Positions 21,037-33,652 of a stretch of DNA of 64,000 nt are shown here, piece by piece (the stretch's first letter is position 1; each line of letters starts with the position of its first letter). Below the pieces are notes generated by a model that worked only from the letters and a program-made list of their open reading frames with translations, made no database searches and was not told where the DNA came from. The position numbers and the translations under genes are program-made. The DNA comes from Macrostomum lignano (taxonomy: Eukaryota). Where the stretch lies: the NCBI GenBank assembly GCA_002269645.1, contig NIVC01003996.1, forward strand, positions 1 through 64,000. Direction: 5' to 3'.

Positions 21037-24000
21037 ATGGTTACGATAATGCATTTCGAATTTCAGATACAACTTCAGCGTCTCAGTCCCGTTGACGCGC
21101 TCGACAATCACTGTAGCAACAAGAACAGCAAAGAACAAATCGACCCGGCTCAAGTTGGCAGCAGCAGCAGTCATGGAGATCCGTCCGCCGAGTTAGACGA
21201 CAAGCCAGCGTCCAAAAGCATCGATCGTTTAAGTCGCGACTCGTTAGGAAAGCGACTGTCCCAAACTGATGAACAGAATCTTGATCTGGCAATGGAGTTC
21301 CACCCGGCTGATGGAGGCTGCGTCGCTTGGCTGGTCTGCTTCACCTCATTCTGCACCAACGGCACCATCTTCTCGGTGATTAACAGCTTCGGAATAATTA
21401 GCGAGTGGCTCATCACTAATTACAGCGCCAGCAAGTCGTTGGCTGGTGAGTTTAACTAACTGACTAAGTAGCGAACTAACAAACTAACAAACTAACAAAC
21501 TAACAAACTAACAAACTGACAAACTGACTGACTGACTTCAAATTTAGCAAACCGACCCCTCCCCACCTAGGCGCTATCGGATCCGCGGCCTTCGGCTGTT
21601 TATTCTTCTTCTCATTTCTAGCCAGTGTGGTCACCGACCGAGTAGGCATTCGCCCAGTAGCCGCAGTCGGTGGCGCAGTCTGCGCGCTGGGCCTTCTGGG
21701 CAGCTCTTTCTGCGACAGGCAGGACCGAATCACCATGCTGCTGTTCACGCACAGTTTCCTATTCGGCGCGGGAGCAGCTCTGGTCTACACGCCGAGCCTG
21801 GTGATTCTGGGCCACTATTTTGAGCGTCGAATGGGCCTCGTTAACGGCATAGTCACCCTCGGAAGCGGAGTGTTCTCAATTCCGCTCACCAAGATAATGA
21901 AACCCGTGCTGCTTGATGGCATCGGGCTTAGCAACACGTTTCGCCTGTTGGCTGGGATGTCCCTACTGATGGTTCTTTACGCGCTCACCTGGAGACAAAC
22001 TCGACCAGCTCGTCACGCTGAACTTGATCACTACTTGTCGCCAAGAAATTCTCTAGCAGAGAGCGTTACAGGGATTGGCACGTTTCTATCGAAATTTTGC
22101 AACGTTAGCATTTGGCGAAGTCGTGGTTTTTTAGTTTGGATTGTTGCTTGTCCTTGCGCCATGTTTGGCTACTTTGTGCCGTTCGTTTTTCTGATGAGCT
22201 CCCGTTACTGAGTGTTTTTCTGTTTGTCTATGGCCTTTATACCCAACATGAAGTTGTCTTTCTGTTCCTCTGTCTATGACCATTCTATCAACCAGTGCCT
22301 AAGCTGTCTATGGCAATTCTATAAACCAAAATCTCAGCTGTCTATGGCCATTCTATCAACCAATATCTCAGCTGTCTATGGCCATTCTATCAACCAAGAT
22401 GTCAGCTGTCTATGGCCATTCTATCAACCAATATCTCAGCTGTCTATGGCCATTTTATCAACCACTATACTTAGCTGTCTAAAGCCATCCTATCAACCAC
22501 TACACCTAAGCTGTCTAAAGCCATCCTATCAACCACTATCTCAGCTGTCTATGGCCTCTTCCAACGGTCATAGTTATGTACGACCTATTACCGATTTTTT
22601 TCAGCCAAATTTCTTACAAATGCGAGCTCTCCTACAATACAACATCACATCGGACAAACAACTGAAGCAGATTCTAAGCAACGGCACTGCAGCGACTAGA
22701 AATTCTGGCAGTAGCAACAACAATAGCAGCGGTACAAGCAACGAAGTTTATAATCAAATCCAACTATCGATTTCCACAGCTGAATCCGACGCGGCAATAA
22801 TGCTAGTCTGCATTAACATTTCAAGCAGCGTTGCGCGATTAGTTATTGGGAAATTAGCTGACAGTCAATGCATGAACAGAGTCCATCTGCAACAGGCAGC
22901 TTACGCCACCCTGGGACTTAGCATTCTTTTATTACCGCCTAGTAACCATCGGGTTTTAACCATCAGGTTCTCGCTGGCCCTACTATTTGGCCTATGCGAC
23001 GGAGCCGTGGTGTGCCTTATGGGACCGATTGCGTTCGATTTAGTTGGACCGAGTGGCGCATCGCAGGCAATTGGATTTCTATTGTTGGCAATGTCTGTGC
23101 CAACCACTGTGGGGCCATTGCTGGCGGGTGAGCACCAGCAGCAGCATGTTGTTCAGTGGCTTGTGTTTTGGCTGTCATTTCCGATGTTCGATGTGTCATT
23201 TTGTGGCTAATGAGAGAGAGGTGTTGTTGATTCCGATGTTTGACGTGTCATTTTGTGGTGCCATTTGAGAGGTGCCATTTCCGATGTTTGACGTGGCATT
23301 TTGTGGGTAATGAGAGGTGTCATTTCCGATGTTTGACGTCTCATTTTGTGGCTAATGAGAGGTGTCATTTTCGATGTTCGACGTGTCATTTTGTCGCTAA
23401 TGAGAGGTGTCATTTTTGATGTCTGACGTGTCATTTTGTCGCTAATGAGAGGTGTCATTTCCGATGTTTGACGTGTCCTTTTGTGTTCGATGATGTGTAT
23501 TATTTCCGATGCTTAATACACCTCATCGACCACAAAATGACGCATCAAACAATCTAAAAAAATTCAGGCTATATAAACGACGTTACAAACCGATGGGACG
23601 TACCTTTCTATCTATCTGGTCTGTTGCCGATTGTAGCTGCAATCATTATGTTCTTGATTCCCCAGACTGCACAGGTTTGAAAATATTGTCATTTTTTTTA
23701 ATTCAAGAATAATTTGTTTCATACTGCATGTCTACATTATAAATTACGTTTCAATTTCAACTCGCAGACTTATCCGGCAGTATGTGTGGTTGAGAACTTT
23801 GATCAGAATGCAAAGTCAAATTTGGATATTCATGGTGAGTAATAAATTACCGTTTACCCTGTCAGATCATTCAGTGGTCTGCAACTTATCTGGTCTTTCA
23901 GTGACCTGCTACCCTTAATGCCCTATTGGCTTCAGATTCTCCAGTGGGCTGTTAATCCTATGATTCTCCAGTGGGCTGTTAATCCTAAGATTCTCCAGTG

Positions 24001-26089
24001 GGCTGATAATCCAAAGATTCTCCAGTGGGCTGTTAATCCTAAGATTCTTCAGTGGGCTGTTAATCCTAAGATTCTCCAGTGGGCTGTTAATCCTAAGATT
24101 CTCCATTGGGCTGTTAATCCTAAGATTCTTCAGTGGGCTGCTAACCCTCAGATTCTCCAGTGGGCTGTTAATCCAAAGATTCTCCAGTGGGCTGCTAACC
24201 CTCAGATTCTCCAGTAGGCTGTTAATCCAAAGATTCTCCAGTGGGCTGGTAATCCAAAGATTCTCCAGTAGGCTGTTAATCCTAAGATTCTCCAGTGGGC
24301 TGTTAATCCTCAGATTCTCCAGTAGGCTGTTAATCCTAAGATTCTCCAGTGGGCTGTTAATCCTCAGATTCTCCAGTAGGCTGTTAATCCTAAGATTCTC
24401 CAGTGGGCTGTTAATCCTCAGATTCTCCAGTAGGCTGTTAATCCTAAGATTCTCCAGTGGGCTGTTAATCCTCAGATTCTCCAGTAGGCTGTTAATCCTA
24501 AGATTCTCCAGTGGGCTGATAATCCTAAGATTCTCCAGTGGGCTGGTAATCCTAAGATTCTTCAGTGGGCTGGTAATCCTAAGATTCTTCAGTGGGCTGT
24601 TAATCCTCAGATTCTCCAGTAGGCTGTTAATCCTAAGATTCTCCAGTGGGCTGTTAATCCTCAGATTCTCCAGTGGGCTGTTAATCCTCAGATTCTTCAG
24701 TGGGCTGTTAATCCTCAGATTCTCCAGTAGGCTGTTAATCCTAAGATTCTCCAGTGGGCTGTTAATCCTCAGATTCTCCAGTGGGCTGGTAATCCTAAGA
24801 TTCTTCAGTGGGCTGCTAACCCTCAGATTCTCCAGTAGGCTGTTAATCCTAAGATTCTCCAGTGGGCTGTTAATCCTCAGATTCTCCAGTAGGCTGTTAA
24901 TCCTAAGATTCTCCAGTGGGCTGTTAATCCTCAGATTCTCCAGTAGGCTGTTAATCCTAAGATTCTCCAGTGGGCTGGTAATCCTAAGATTCTTCAGTGG
25001 GCTGTTAATCCTCAGATTCTCCAGTAGGCTGTTAATCCTAAGATTCTCCAGTGGGCTGTTAATCCTAAGATTCTCCAGTGGGCTGTTAATCCTCAGATTC
25101 TTCAGTGGGCTGTTAATCCTCAGATTCTCCAGTAGGCTGTTAATCCTAAGATTCTCCAGTGGGCTGTTAATCCTCAGATTCTCCAGTGGGCTGGTAATCC
25201 CAAGATTCTTCAGTGGGCTGCTAACCCTCAGATTCTCCAGTGGGCTGTTAATCCTCAGATTCTCCAGTGGGCTGTTAATCCTCAGATTCTTCAGTGGGCT
25301 GTTAATCCTCAGATTCTCCAGTAGGCTGTTAATCCTAAGATTCTCCAGTGGGCTGTTAATCCTCAGATTCTCCAGTGGGCTGGTAATCCTAAGATTCTTC
25401 AGTGGGCTGCTAACCCTCAGATTCTCCAGTAGGCTGTTAATCCTAAGATTCTCCAGTGGGCTGTTAATCCTCAGATTCTCCAGTAGGCTGTTAATCCTAA
25501 GATTCTCCAGTGGGCTGTTAATCCTCAGATTCTCCAGTAGGCTGTTAATCCTAAGATTCTCCAGTGGGCTGGTAATCCTAAGATTCTTCAGTGGGCTGTT
25601 AATCCTCAGATTCTCCAGTAGGCTGTTAATCCTAAGATTCTCCAGTGGGCTGTTAATCCTAAGATTCTCCAGTGGGCTGTTAATCCTCAGATTCTTCAGT
25701 GGGCTGTTAATCCTCAGATTCTCCAGTAGGCTGTTAATCCTAAGATTCTCCAGTGGGCTGTTAATCCTCAGATTCTCCAGTGGGCTGGTAATCCTCAGAT
25801 TCTTCAGTGGGCTGGTAATCCTCAGATCCTTCACTGGGCTGTTAATCCTCAGATCATTTAGTGACTTGACGCCTCGGATTCTTCCAATATCTAAACTATT
25901 ACAGAATACAGGTCCAGCCAGATCAAGGACGCTGACAATGGCTGGACAAGAGTTTCGGTTACTTCAGCCAATAGACAGACTGTTAAATCGCTGCAAGCAA
26001 CCAACGCAGTTCGAAGAAGTCTCCCTGTAAAACTGACGGCTTCAAAGCAGACTAATTCTATAATTAGTCCAGTGAGATCGTCTGTTTAA
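21037..26089 (+). CDS. Monocarboxylate transporter (SLC16/MCT family)
   Basis: Exons about 21037-21445 (HPADGGCVAWLVCFTSFCTNGTIF), 21571-22193 (GHYFERRMGLVNGIV; FGYFVPFVFL), 22605-23127 (ARLVIGKLAD; GLCDG; GPIAFDLVG; VGPLLAG), 23568-23673 (GYINDVTNRWDVPFYLSG), and putative tail exons 23768-23834 and 25905-26030/26089. The start codon and C-terminal exons are uncertain. The donor after 22193 reads AT, not GT. Confidence 0.87.
22290..22560. repeat. About 35-bp minisatellite (tcagctgtctatggccattctatcaacca...)
   Basis: Tandem units in an MCT intron. Confidence 0.85.
23170..23500. repeat. About 45-bp minisatellite (gagaggtgtcatttccgatgtttgacgtgtcattttgtggctaat)
   Basis: Tandem units in an MCT intron. 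Confidence 0.88.
23915..25855. repeat. 27-bp satellite (cctcagattctccagtgggctgttaat), about 72 units with higher-order blocks
   Basis: Tandem units. The rare gctaac variant recurs 594 bp (22 units) apart at 24815 and 25409. Confidence 0.96.
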
Positions 26090-26259
26090 AAGTTTATATT
26101 GATAAAGCGCCTGACAGATTATTCATTTTTATTTTCAACTCAATTATCAGTGCATTTTTGTTAATTAATAACGTATAATTTTATACTTCAGTCACAAAAA
26201 TGAAAGCAAATTTGTTGTTTGCCTTATGAGATCTTTGTTAATATTACGTCTGACGCCCT

Positions 26260-29200
26260 CCATTCCACCCAATTACACACGGTAATCACCTGCTGCAATT
26301 GAGCAACACCACCCACCATTCAACACCAATTACACACGGTAACCACCTGCTGCAATTCAGGCACCAACACCCACCATTCAACACCAATTAGACACGGTAA
26401 CCACCTGCTGCAATTCAGGCACCAACACCCACCATTCCACACCAATTACACACGGTAACCACCTGCTGCAATTCAGGCACCAACACCCACCATTCCACAC
26501 CAATTAGACACGGTTATGAATGGAGAAAGAGGGATCACCTGATGCAACTGAGCAACAACACCCACCATTCCACACCAATTAGACACGGTTATGAATGGAG
26601 AAAGAGGGATCACCTGATGCAACTGAGCAACAACACCCACCATTCCACACCAATTAGACACGGTAATCACCTGCTGCAATTCAGGCAACAACACCCACCA
26701 TTCCACACCAATTAGACACGGTTATGAATGGAGAAAGAGGGATCACCTGATGCAACTGAGCAACAACACCCACCATTCCACACCAATTAGACACGGTTAT
26801 GAATGGAGAAAGAGGGATCACCTGATGCAACTGAGCAACAACACCCACCATTCCACACCAATTAGACACGGTTATGAATGGAGAAAGAGGGATCACCTGA
26901 TGCAACTGAGCAACAACACCCACCATTCCACACCAATTAGACACGGTAATCACCTGCTGCAATTCAGGCAACAACACCCACCATTCCACACCAATTAGAC
27001 ACGGTAACCACCTGCTGCAATTCAGGCAACAACACCCACCATTCCACACCAATTAGACACGGTAAGTACCTGCTGCAATTCAGGCACCAACACCCACCAT
27101 TCCACACCAATTAGACACGGTAAGTACCTGCTGCAATTCAGGCAACAACACCCACCATTCCACACCAATTAGACACGGTAACCACCTGCTGCAATTCAGG
27201 CACCAACACCCACCATTCCACACCAATTACACACGGTAACCACCTGCTGCAATTCAGGCAACAACACCCACCATTCCACACCAATTAGACACGGTAAGTA
27301 CCTGCTGCAATTCAGGCAACAACACCCACCATTCCACACCAATTAGACACGGTAACCACCTGCTGCAATTCAGGCACCAACACCCACCATTCCACACCAA
27401 TTACACACGGTAAGTACCTGCTGCAATTCAGGCAACAACACCCACCATTCCACACCAATTAGACACGGTAATCACCTGCTGCAATTGAGCAACACCACCC
27501 ACCATTCCACACCAATTAGACACGGTAAGTACCTGCTGCAATTGAGCAACACCACCCACCATTCCACACCAATTAGACACGGTAATCACCTGCTGCAATT
27601 GAGCAACACCACCCACCATTCCACACCAATTAGACACGGTAATCACCTGCTGCAATTGAGCAACACCACCCACCATTCCACACCAATTAGACACGGTAAG
27701 TACCTGCTGCAATTCAGGCAACAACACCCACCATTCCACACCAATTAGACACGGTAATCACCTGCTGCAATTGAGCAACACCACCCACCATTCCACACCA
27801 ATTAGACACGGTAAGTACCTGCTGCAATTGAGCAACACCACCCACCATTCCACACCAATTAGACACGGTAATCACCTGCTGCAATTGAGCAACACCACCC
27901 ACCATTCCACACCAATTAGACACGGTAATCACCTGCTGCAATTGAGCAACACCACCCACCATTCCACACCAATTAGACACGGTAAGTACCTGCTGCAATT
28001 GAGCAACACCACCCACCATTCCACACCAATTAGACACGGTAATCACCTGCTGCAATTGAGCAACACCACCCACCATTCCACACCAATTAGACACGGTAAT
28101 CACCTGCTGCAATTGAGCAACACCACCCACCATTCCACACCAATTAGACACGGTAAGTACCTGCTGCAATTGAGCAACACCACCCACCATTCCACACCAA
28201 TTAGACACGGTAAGTACCTGCTGCAATTGAGCAACACCACCCACCATTCCACACCAATTAGACACGGTAATCACCTGCTGCAATTGAGCAACACCACCCA
28301 CCATTCCACACCAATTAGACACGGTAATCACCTGCTGCAATTGAGCAACACCACCCACCATTCCACACCAATTAGACACGGTAATCACCTGCTGCAATTG
28401 AGCAACACCACCCACCATTCCACACCAATTAGACACGGTAATCACCTGCTGCAATTGAGCAACACCACCCACCATTCCACACCAATTAGACACGGTAATC
28501 ACCTGCTGCAATTGAGCAACACCACCCACCATTCCACACCAATTACACACGGTAATCACCTGCTGCAATTGAGCAACACCACCCACCATTCCACACCAAT
28601 TACACACGGTAATCACCTGCTGCAATTGAGCAACACCACCCACCATTCCACACCAATTAGACACGGTAATCACCTGCTGCAATTGAGCAACACCACCCAC
28701 CATTCCACACCAATTACACACGGTAAGTACCTGCTGCAATTGAGCAACACCACCCACCATTCCACACCAATTAGACACGGTAATCACCTGCTGCAATTGA
28801 GCAACACCACCCACCATTCCACACCAATTAGACACGGTAAGTACCTGCTGCAATTGAGCAACACCACCCACCATTCCACACCAATTAGACACGGTAATCA
28901 CCTGCTGCAATTGAGCAACACCACCCACCATTCCACACCAATTAGACACGGTAATCACCTGCTGCAATTGAGCAACACCACCCACCATTCCACACCAATT
29001 ACACACGGTAATCACCTGCTGCAATTGAGCAACACCACCCACCATTCCACACCAATTAGACACGGTAATCACCTGCTGCAATTGAGCAACACCACCCACC
29101 ATTCCACACCAATTAGACACGGTAATCACCTGCTGCAATTGAGCAACACCACCCACCATTCCACACCAATTACACACGGTAAGTACCTGCTGCAATTGAG

Positions 29201-29420
29201 CAACACCACCCACCATTCCACACCAATTACACACGGTAAGTACCTGCTGCAATTGAGCAACACCACCCACCATTCCACACCAATTACACACGGTAATCAC
29301 CTGCTGCAATTGAGCAACACCACCCACCATTCCACACCAATTACACACGGTAAGTACCTGCTGCAATTTAGGTAAAAACACCCACCATTCCACACCAATT
29401 AGACACGGTAATCACCTGCT
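26260..29420. repeat. 57-bp satellite (cacctgctgcaattgagcaacaccacccaccattccacaccaattagacacggtaat), with 75-bp variants at about 26510-26930
   Basis: Tandem units; 19-aa and 25-aa periodicity in the spurious ORFs on both strands. Confidence 0.96.
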
Positions 29421-30054
29421 CCAAATGCTGTTATATGTAAAAGAAAATTTCAATTCGATGAAAATTAAAACGATGAAATGTTTGTATATTAAAAACCAAT
29501 TCAAAGTTAAAAATCGTTGTAATTTTATAGCAGTGTGAAAGATGGTTAATAGTATATTGCCATTCAAATCAGTTATAAAAGATGAGTGGAAAATGAGCTC
29601 AATGATTCAAGCCGATGAATAGCTAACTTATCAAAAGTTCTCAAAGTAAATTAACTCTAAGAAAGCTTTCAACACAAATTTATAAAGGTAAACAGCCAAA
29701 AGACTATGCTCACTTACAACTTACTAAGTAGCTAAAGTAATTTTGTACCCTTTCTAAGAAACCAAAAATAGATCTACTCGAAAATATTTACCATGGTCTT
29801 TGGACTGCTCATTCAACACAAAACTAAGCGAGATTTTAAATTTAAATTTCAAAGTTAATCAAAACAATCGAAATTAATAAGAACAACAGAGAAAGACGTG
29901 CAAATAAAATCTAACTACAAAATACTAATTTATCTAATTGGGCAGCTTTAAAACAATTGTTTGTTCCGAAAAATTAAAATTATTAGAAAAATTAAAGTGC
30001 AAAATTAGGCTAACAGATTCTTAGAAAATCTTCTTAGCCTCAGAACTCAGGCAA

Positions 30055-30510
30055 GAGATTCTCCGACATTAGGGAAATCTCAGGAGGGGGATTCTCCGAG
30101 ATTAGGGAAATCTCAGGAGGGGGATTCTCCGAGATTAGGGAAATCTCAGGAGAGGAATTCTTCGAGATTAGGGAAATCTCAGGAGGGGGATTCTCCGAGA
30201 TTAGGGAAATCTCAGGTAGAGATTCTCCGAGGTTAGGGAAATCTCAAGAGGGGGATTCTCCGAGATTAGGAAACTCTCAGGAGGGGGATTCTTCAAGGTT
30301 AGGGAAATCTCAGGATGGGGATTCTCCGAGATTAGGGAAATCTCAGGAGGGGGATTCTCTAAGGTTAGGGAAATCTCAGGAGAGGGATTCTCCGAGATTA
30401 GGGAAATTTCAGGAGAGGGATTCTCCAAGATTAGGGAAATCTCTGGAGGACGGTTCTCCGAGATTAGGGAAATCTCAGGAGAGGAATTTTCAGAGCTTTA
30501 AGAAATCTCA
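30055..30510. repeat. About 30-bp minisatellite (gggattctccgagattagggaaatctcagga)
   Basis: Tandem units. Confidence 0.9.
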
Positions 30511-31069
30511 GGATGCAAAAATCTCAGGGTTAGATTATCTGAGAACATTATAATCTCAAAAAACATTATCAGAGCGCGAGAAAAATCAAGGTGGAGGTGA
30601 CTATAAAAACACTGATCTCCAATCAATTAAAAATTAATCGTTAAAAACAATATGAATTCCAGAGATTCCTACAAAACAGCTAGCTAAACTACTTACTGTA
30701 AGTAGCATGGAACTGGTGTATGTGATAAAATTGGAAAAGAAACGTTATAAATTAGGTGTTGGTCGAAAGTTAGCAGAGAAAACAAGGATTTCAAAATAGA
30801 TGAAGCTTGCACAACACAAAACTCTCAAGGCCCGGGGCTGAGCACAGACGCACCTCAGCATCTAAATATTTTGGGCCTGTATCAATACACATCAATACAA
30901 TGAAACAAAATACAAAAAACAGGCGCTGAATAAAAAAAGAATTTAAATAAATTATGCTTTTTATTGTTTTTATAGGTTGAAGTATAATTAGTTGTTCCTG
31001 AATAGTTCAAAACTGAAACTATACTCGACATAAAAATGGTCCATTGCAAATACGAGTTAATGATAAACC

Positions 31070-31925
31070 ATGCAGGGAAATGAAGTGGAGAAGCGAAAGA
31101 GAAGGGGGAGAGAAGAGAGAGAAGGAAGGAAGGAAGGGGGAGAAGGCAGGAAAAAAGAGAGAAGAGAAAGGAGAGAAGGGAGGAGAGAAGGGAGAGAAGG
31201 GAGGAGAGAAGGGAGAGAAGGGAGCAGAGAAGGGAGCAGAGGAGGAGAGAAGGGAGAGAAGGGAGGAGAGAAGGGAGAGAAGGGAGGAGAGAAGGGAGGA
31301 GAGAAGGGAGAGAAGGGAGCAGAGAAGGGAGAGAAGGGAGGAGAGAAGGGAAGAGAGAAGGGAGCAGAGAAGGGAGAGAAGGGAAGAGAGAAGGGAGCAG
31401 AGAAGGGAGAGAAGGGAAGAGAGAAGGGAGCAGAGAAGGGAGAGAAGGGAAGAGAGAAGGGAGAAGTGAAGGGAGCAGAGAAGGGAGCAGAGAAGGGAGA
31501 GAAGGGAAGAGAGAAGGGAGCAGAGAAGGGAGAGAAGGGAGGAGAGAAGGGAAGAGAGAAGGGAGCAGAGAAGGGAGAGAAGGGAAGAGAGAAGGGAGCA
31601 GAGAAGGGAGAGAAGGGAAGAGAGAAGGGAGCAGAGAAGGGAGAGAAGGGAAGAGAGAAGGGAGCAGAGAAGGGAGAGAAGGGAGGAGAGAAGGGAAGAG
31701 AGAAGGGAGAGAAGGGAGGAGAGAAGGGAGGAGAGAAGGGAGAGAAGGGAGCAGAGAAGGGAGCAGAGGAGGAGAGAAGGGATCAGAGAAGGGAGCAGAG
31801 AAGGGAGCAGAGAAGGGAGCAGAGAAGGGAGCAGAGAAGGGAGCAGAGAAGGGAGCAGGGAAGGGAGGAGAGAAGGGAAAAGAGAAGGGAGAAGAGAAGG
31901 GAGAGAAGGGAGGATATGAACAGAG
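31070..31925. repeat. Purine-rich 9-12-bp repeat (agagaaggg)
   Basis: Seen directly. It produces the EKG- and LLS-rich ORFs. Confidence 0.92.
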
Positions 31926-32095
31926 AAAAAATAGAAAAGCAGCTTAGAAGAAGCACAACAGCAAAGACTTGGCAAAAGCCCATTGGTTTGAATGAGAAAA
32001 GGAATGACCTTTCCACTTGCCTACAAAACAACAATTAGTTGATGGGCAGTATAAACAGAAAGAGAATTCACAACAGACTGAGCACAAAAAGCAGT

Positions 32096-33226
32096 TTATT
32101 TCTGGTTCATCAAATCAACAGTTCCGTGCACAGCCGAGTGTCTGCTACTGAACTCGAGTTCCATATTCAAGGGAGTGTGCTCAGACTTTGTAGTTGGGAT
32201 GATAGACTCTGACTGAGCCGTCCCAGCTTCGCCAGCAGGCTCAGCAGCAGCAGCCTCATCATCAACGGTTGCCACCTGGACAGATCCAGCAGCTGCCAGG
32301 CGCCAGACTCGCGGATGCAGCAGTTTCAGCGAAACAGGTTTAGCGCGATTAAATCCAGTCAGAGCGCTAACAGCTAATCCCGTTGCCATAGCAACCAACA
32401 GTGCCAACGGAGTGTAGTACAAATATGATAGCCAATGAACTGGCCGTTGCCTAGCAACCAAGGAAGCGGTAGTAACAGTCCAGTTAGAGTAGTGCTCGGT
32501 GCTAATAGTGTAGTTGCTAGCATCTGTTCCATTATAGCAGCCCTCAGTGCCGAATACCCGATGATCCGGGGGTGGCGGGTCGATCAGGGCGGCAATGCTG
32601 AAGCCGAGAGTGGTTGCTAAGCTGGCTAGCAACCCGGTCAGAGCGCCGTAGCGATTGCACCAGGGCACCAGGATGCCCAGACTGAACACAGCCAACAGTG
32701 GGCCGCCAACAATGCCGAACAGGCTGAGCACAATCTGCAGCACAGTGGCTGGCAGATTAGTTGCTAGGAAGCCAATGCCCACAGTGCTCAAGCCGAGTAC
32801 AACAGCCAGCACTCTAGCAGCCCATCCGGCGGCTCGTTCGGTTAAATTCGGTTGCCAAGGCTTAATTAGATCTTCCAGCACTACCGAGCTTAAGCTATTA
32901 ATACCGGACGATACGGTGCTGAGGGAGGCTGAGAAGATGCAGGACACGAATAAACCGGTGACACCGGGTCGGGCTGAGAACAGGCGAACCACCAGAGCCG
33001 GTAGGAGCTGGTCGCGTTTCACAATATCCCCTGACAGCAGGGGGTCGCAGTCCGAGTAGAAAGCGTAGATAACTAAACCGGCCAGGCAGAGGAAGCAGAG
33101 GAACAGAAATGTGAGCGGCATCTGCAGGTAGATGGCTCGTCTGGCTACTGACTCGGTTGAGCAGCTCAGGTAGCGCTGCAGCTGGGCCTGCAGTTTTGTG
33201 CGGCGCGATTGATTGATTGATTGTTT

Positions 33227-33257
<31 letters not shown>

Positions 33258-33266
33258 TGATTGATG

Positions 33267-33313
<47 letters not shown>

Positions 33314-33314
33314 T

Positions 33315-33393
<79 letters not shown>

Positions 33394-33499
33394 TGATGGA
33401 TTAATTAATTGATGGATTGATTGATAGATTAATTAATTGATGGATTGGTTGATGGATTGATTGATTGCTTTATTGATTGATTGATTGTTTGATTAATAA

Positions 33500-33553
<54 letters not shown>

Positions 33554-33604
33554 GGATTGGTTGATGGATTGATTGATTGATGGATTGATTGATTGATTGA
33601 TTGC

Positions 33605-33652
<48 letters not shown>

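Noticed and set aside
20527-21174. 215-aa minus-strand ORF
   Set aside because: A composite of the antisense of MCT exon 1 and a SINE fragment; no domain signal.
23915-25834. 639-aa LENLRINSP ORF resembling a leucine-rich repeat protein
   Set aside because: Translation of a 27-bp satellite (a multiple of 3) antisense to the MCT gene; no unique N- or C-terminal sequence.
27714-29393. 559-aa and 534-aa ORFs on opposite strands
   Set aside because: Pure 57-bp tandem repeat with no non-repetitive coding context.
31019-32038. EKG-rich and LLS-rich ORFs of about 320 aa
   Set aside because: AG-rich low-complexity repeat downstream of the SLC5 gene.
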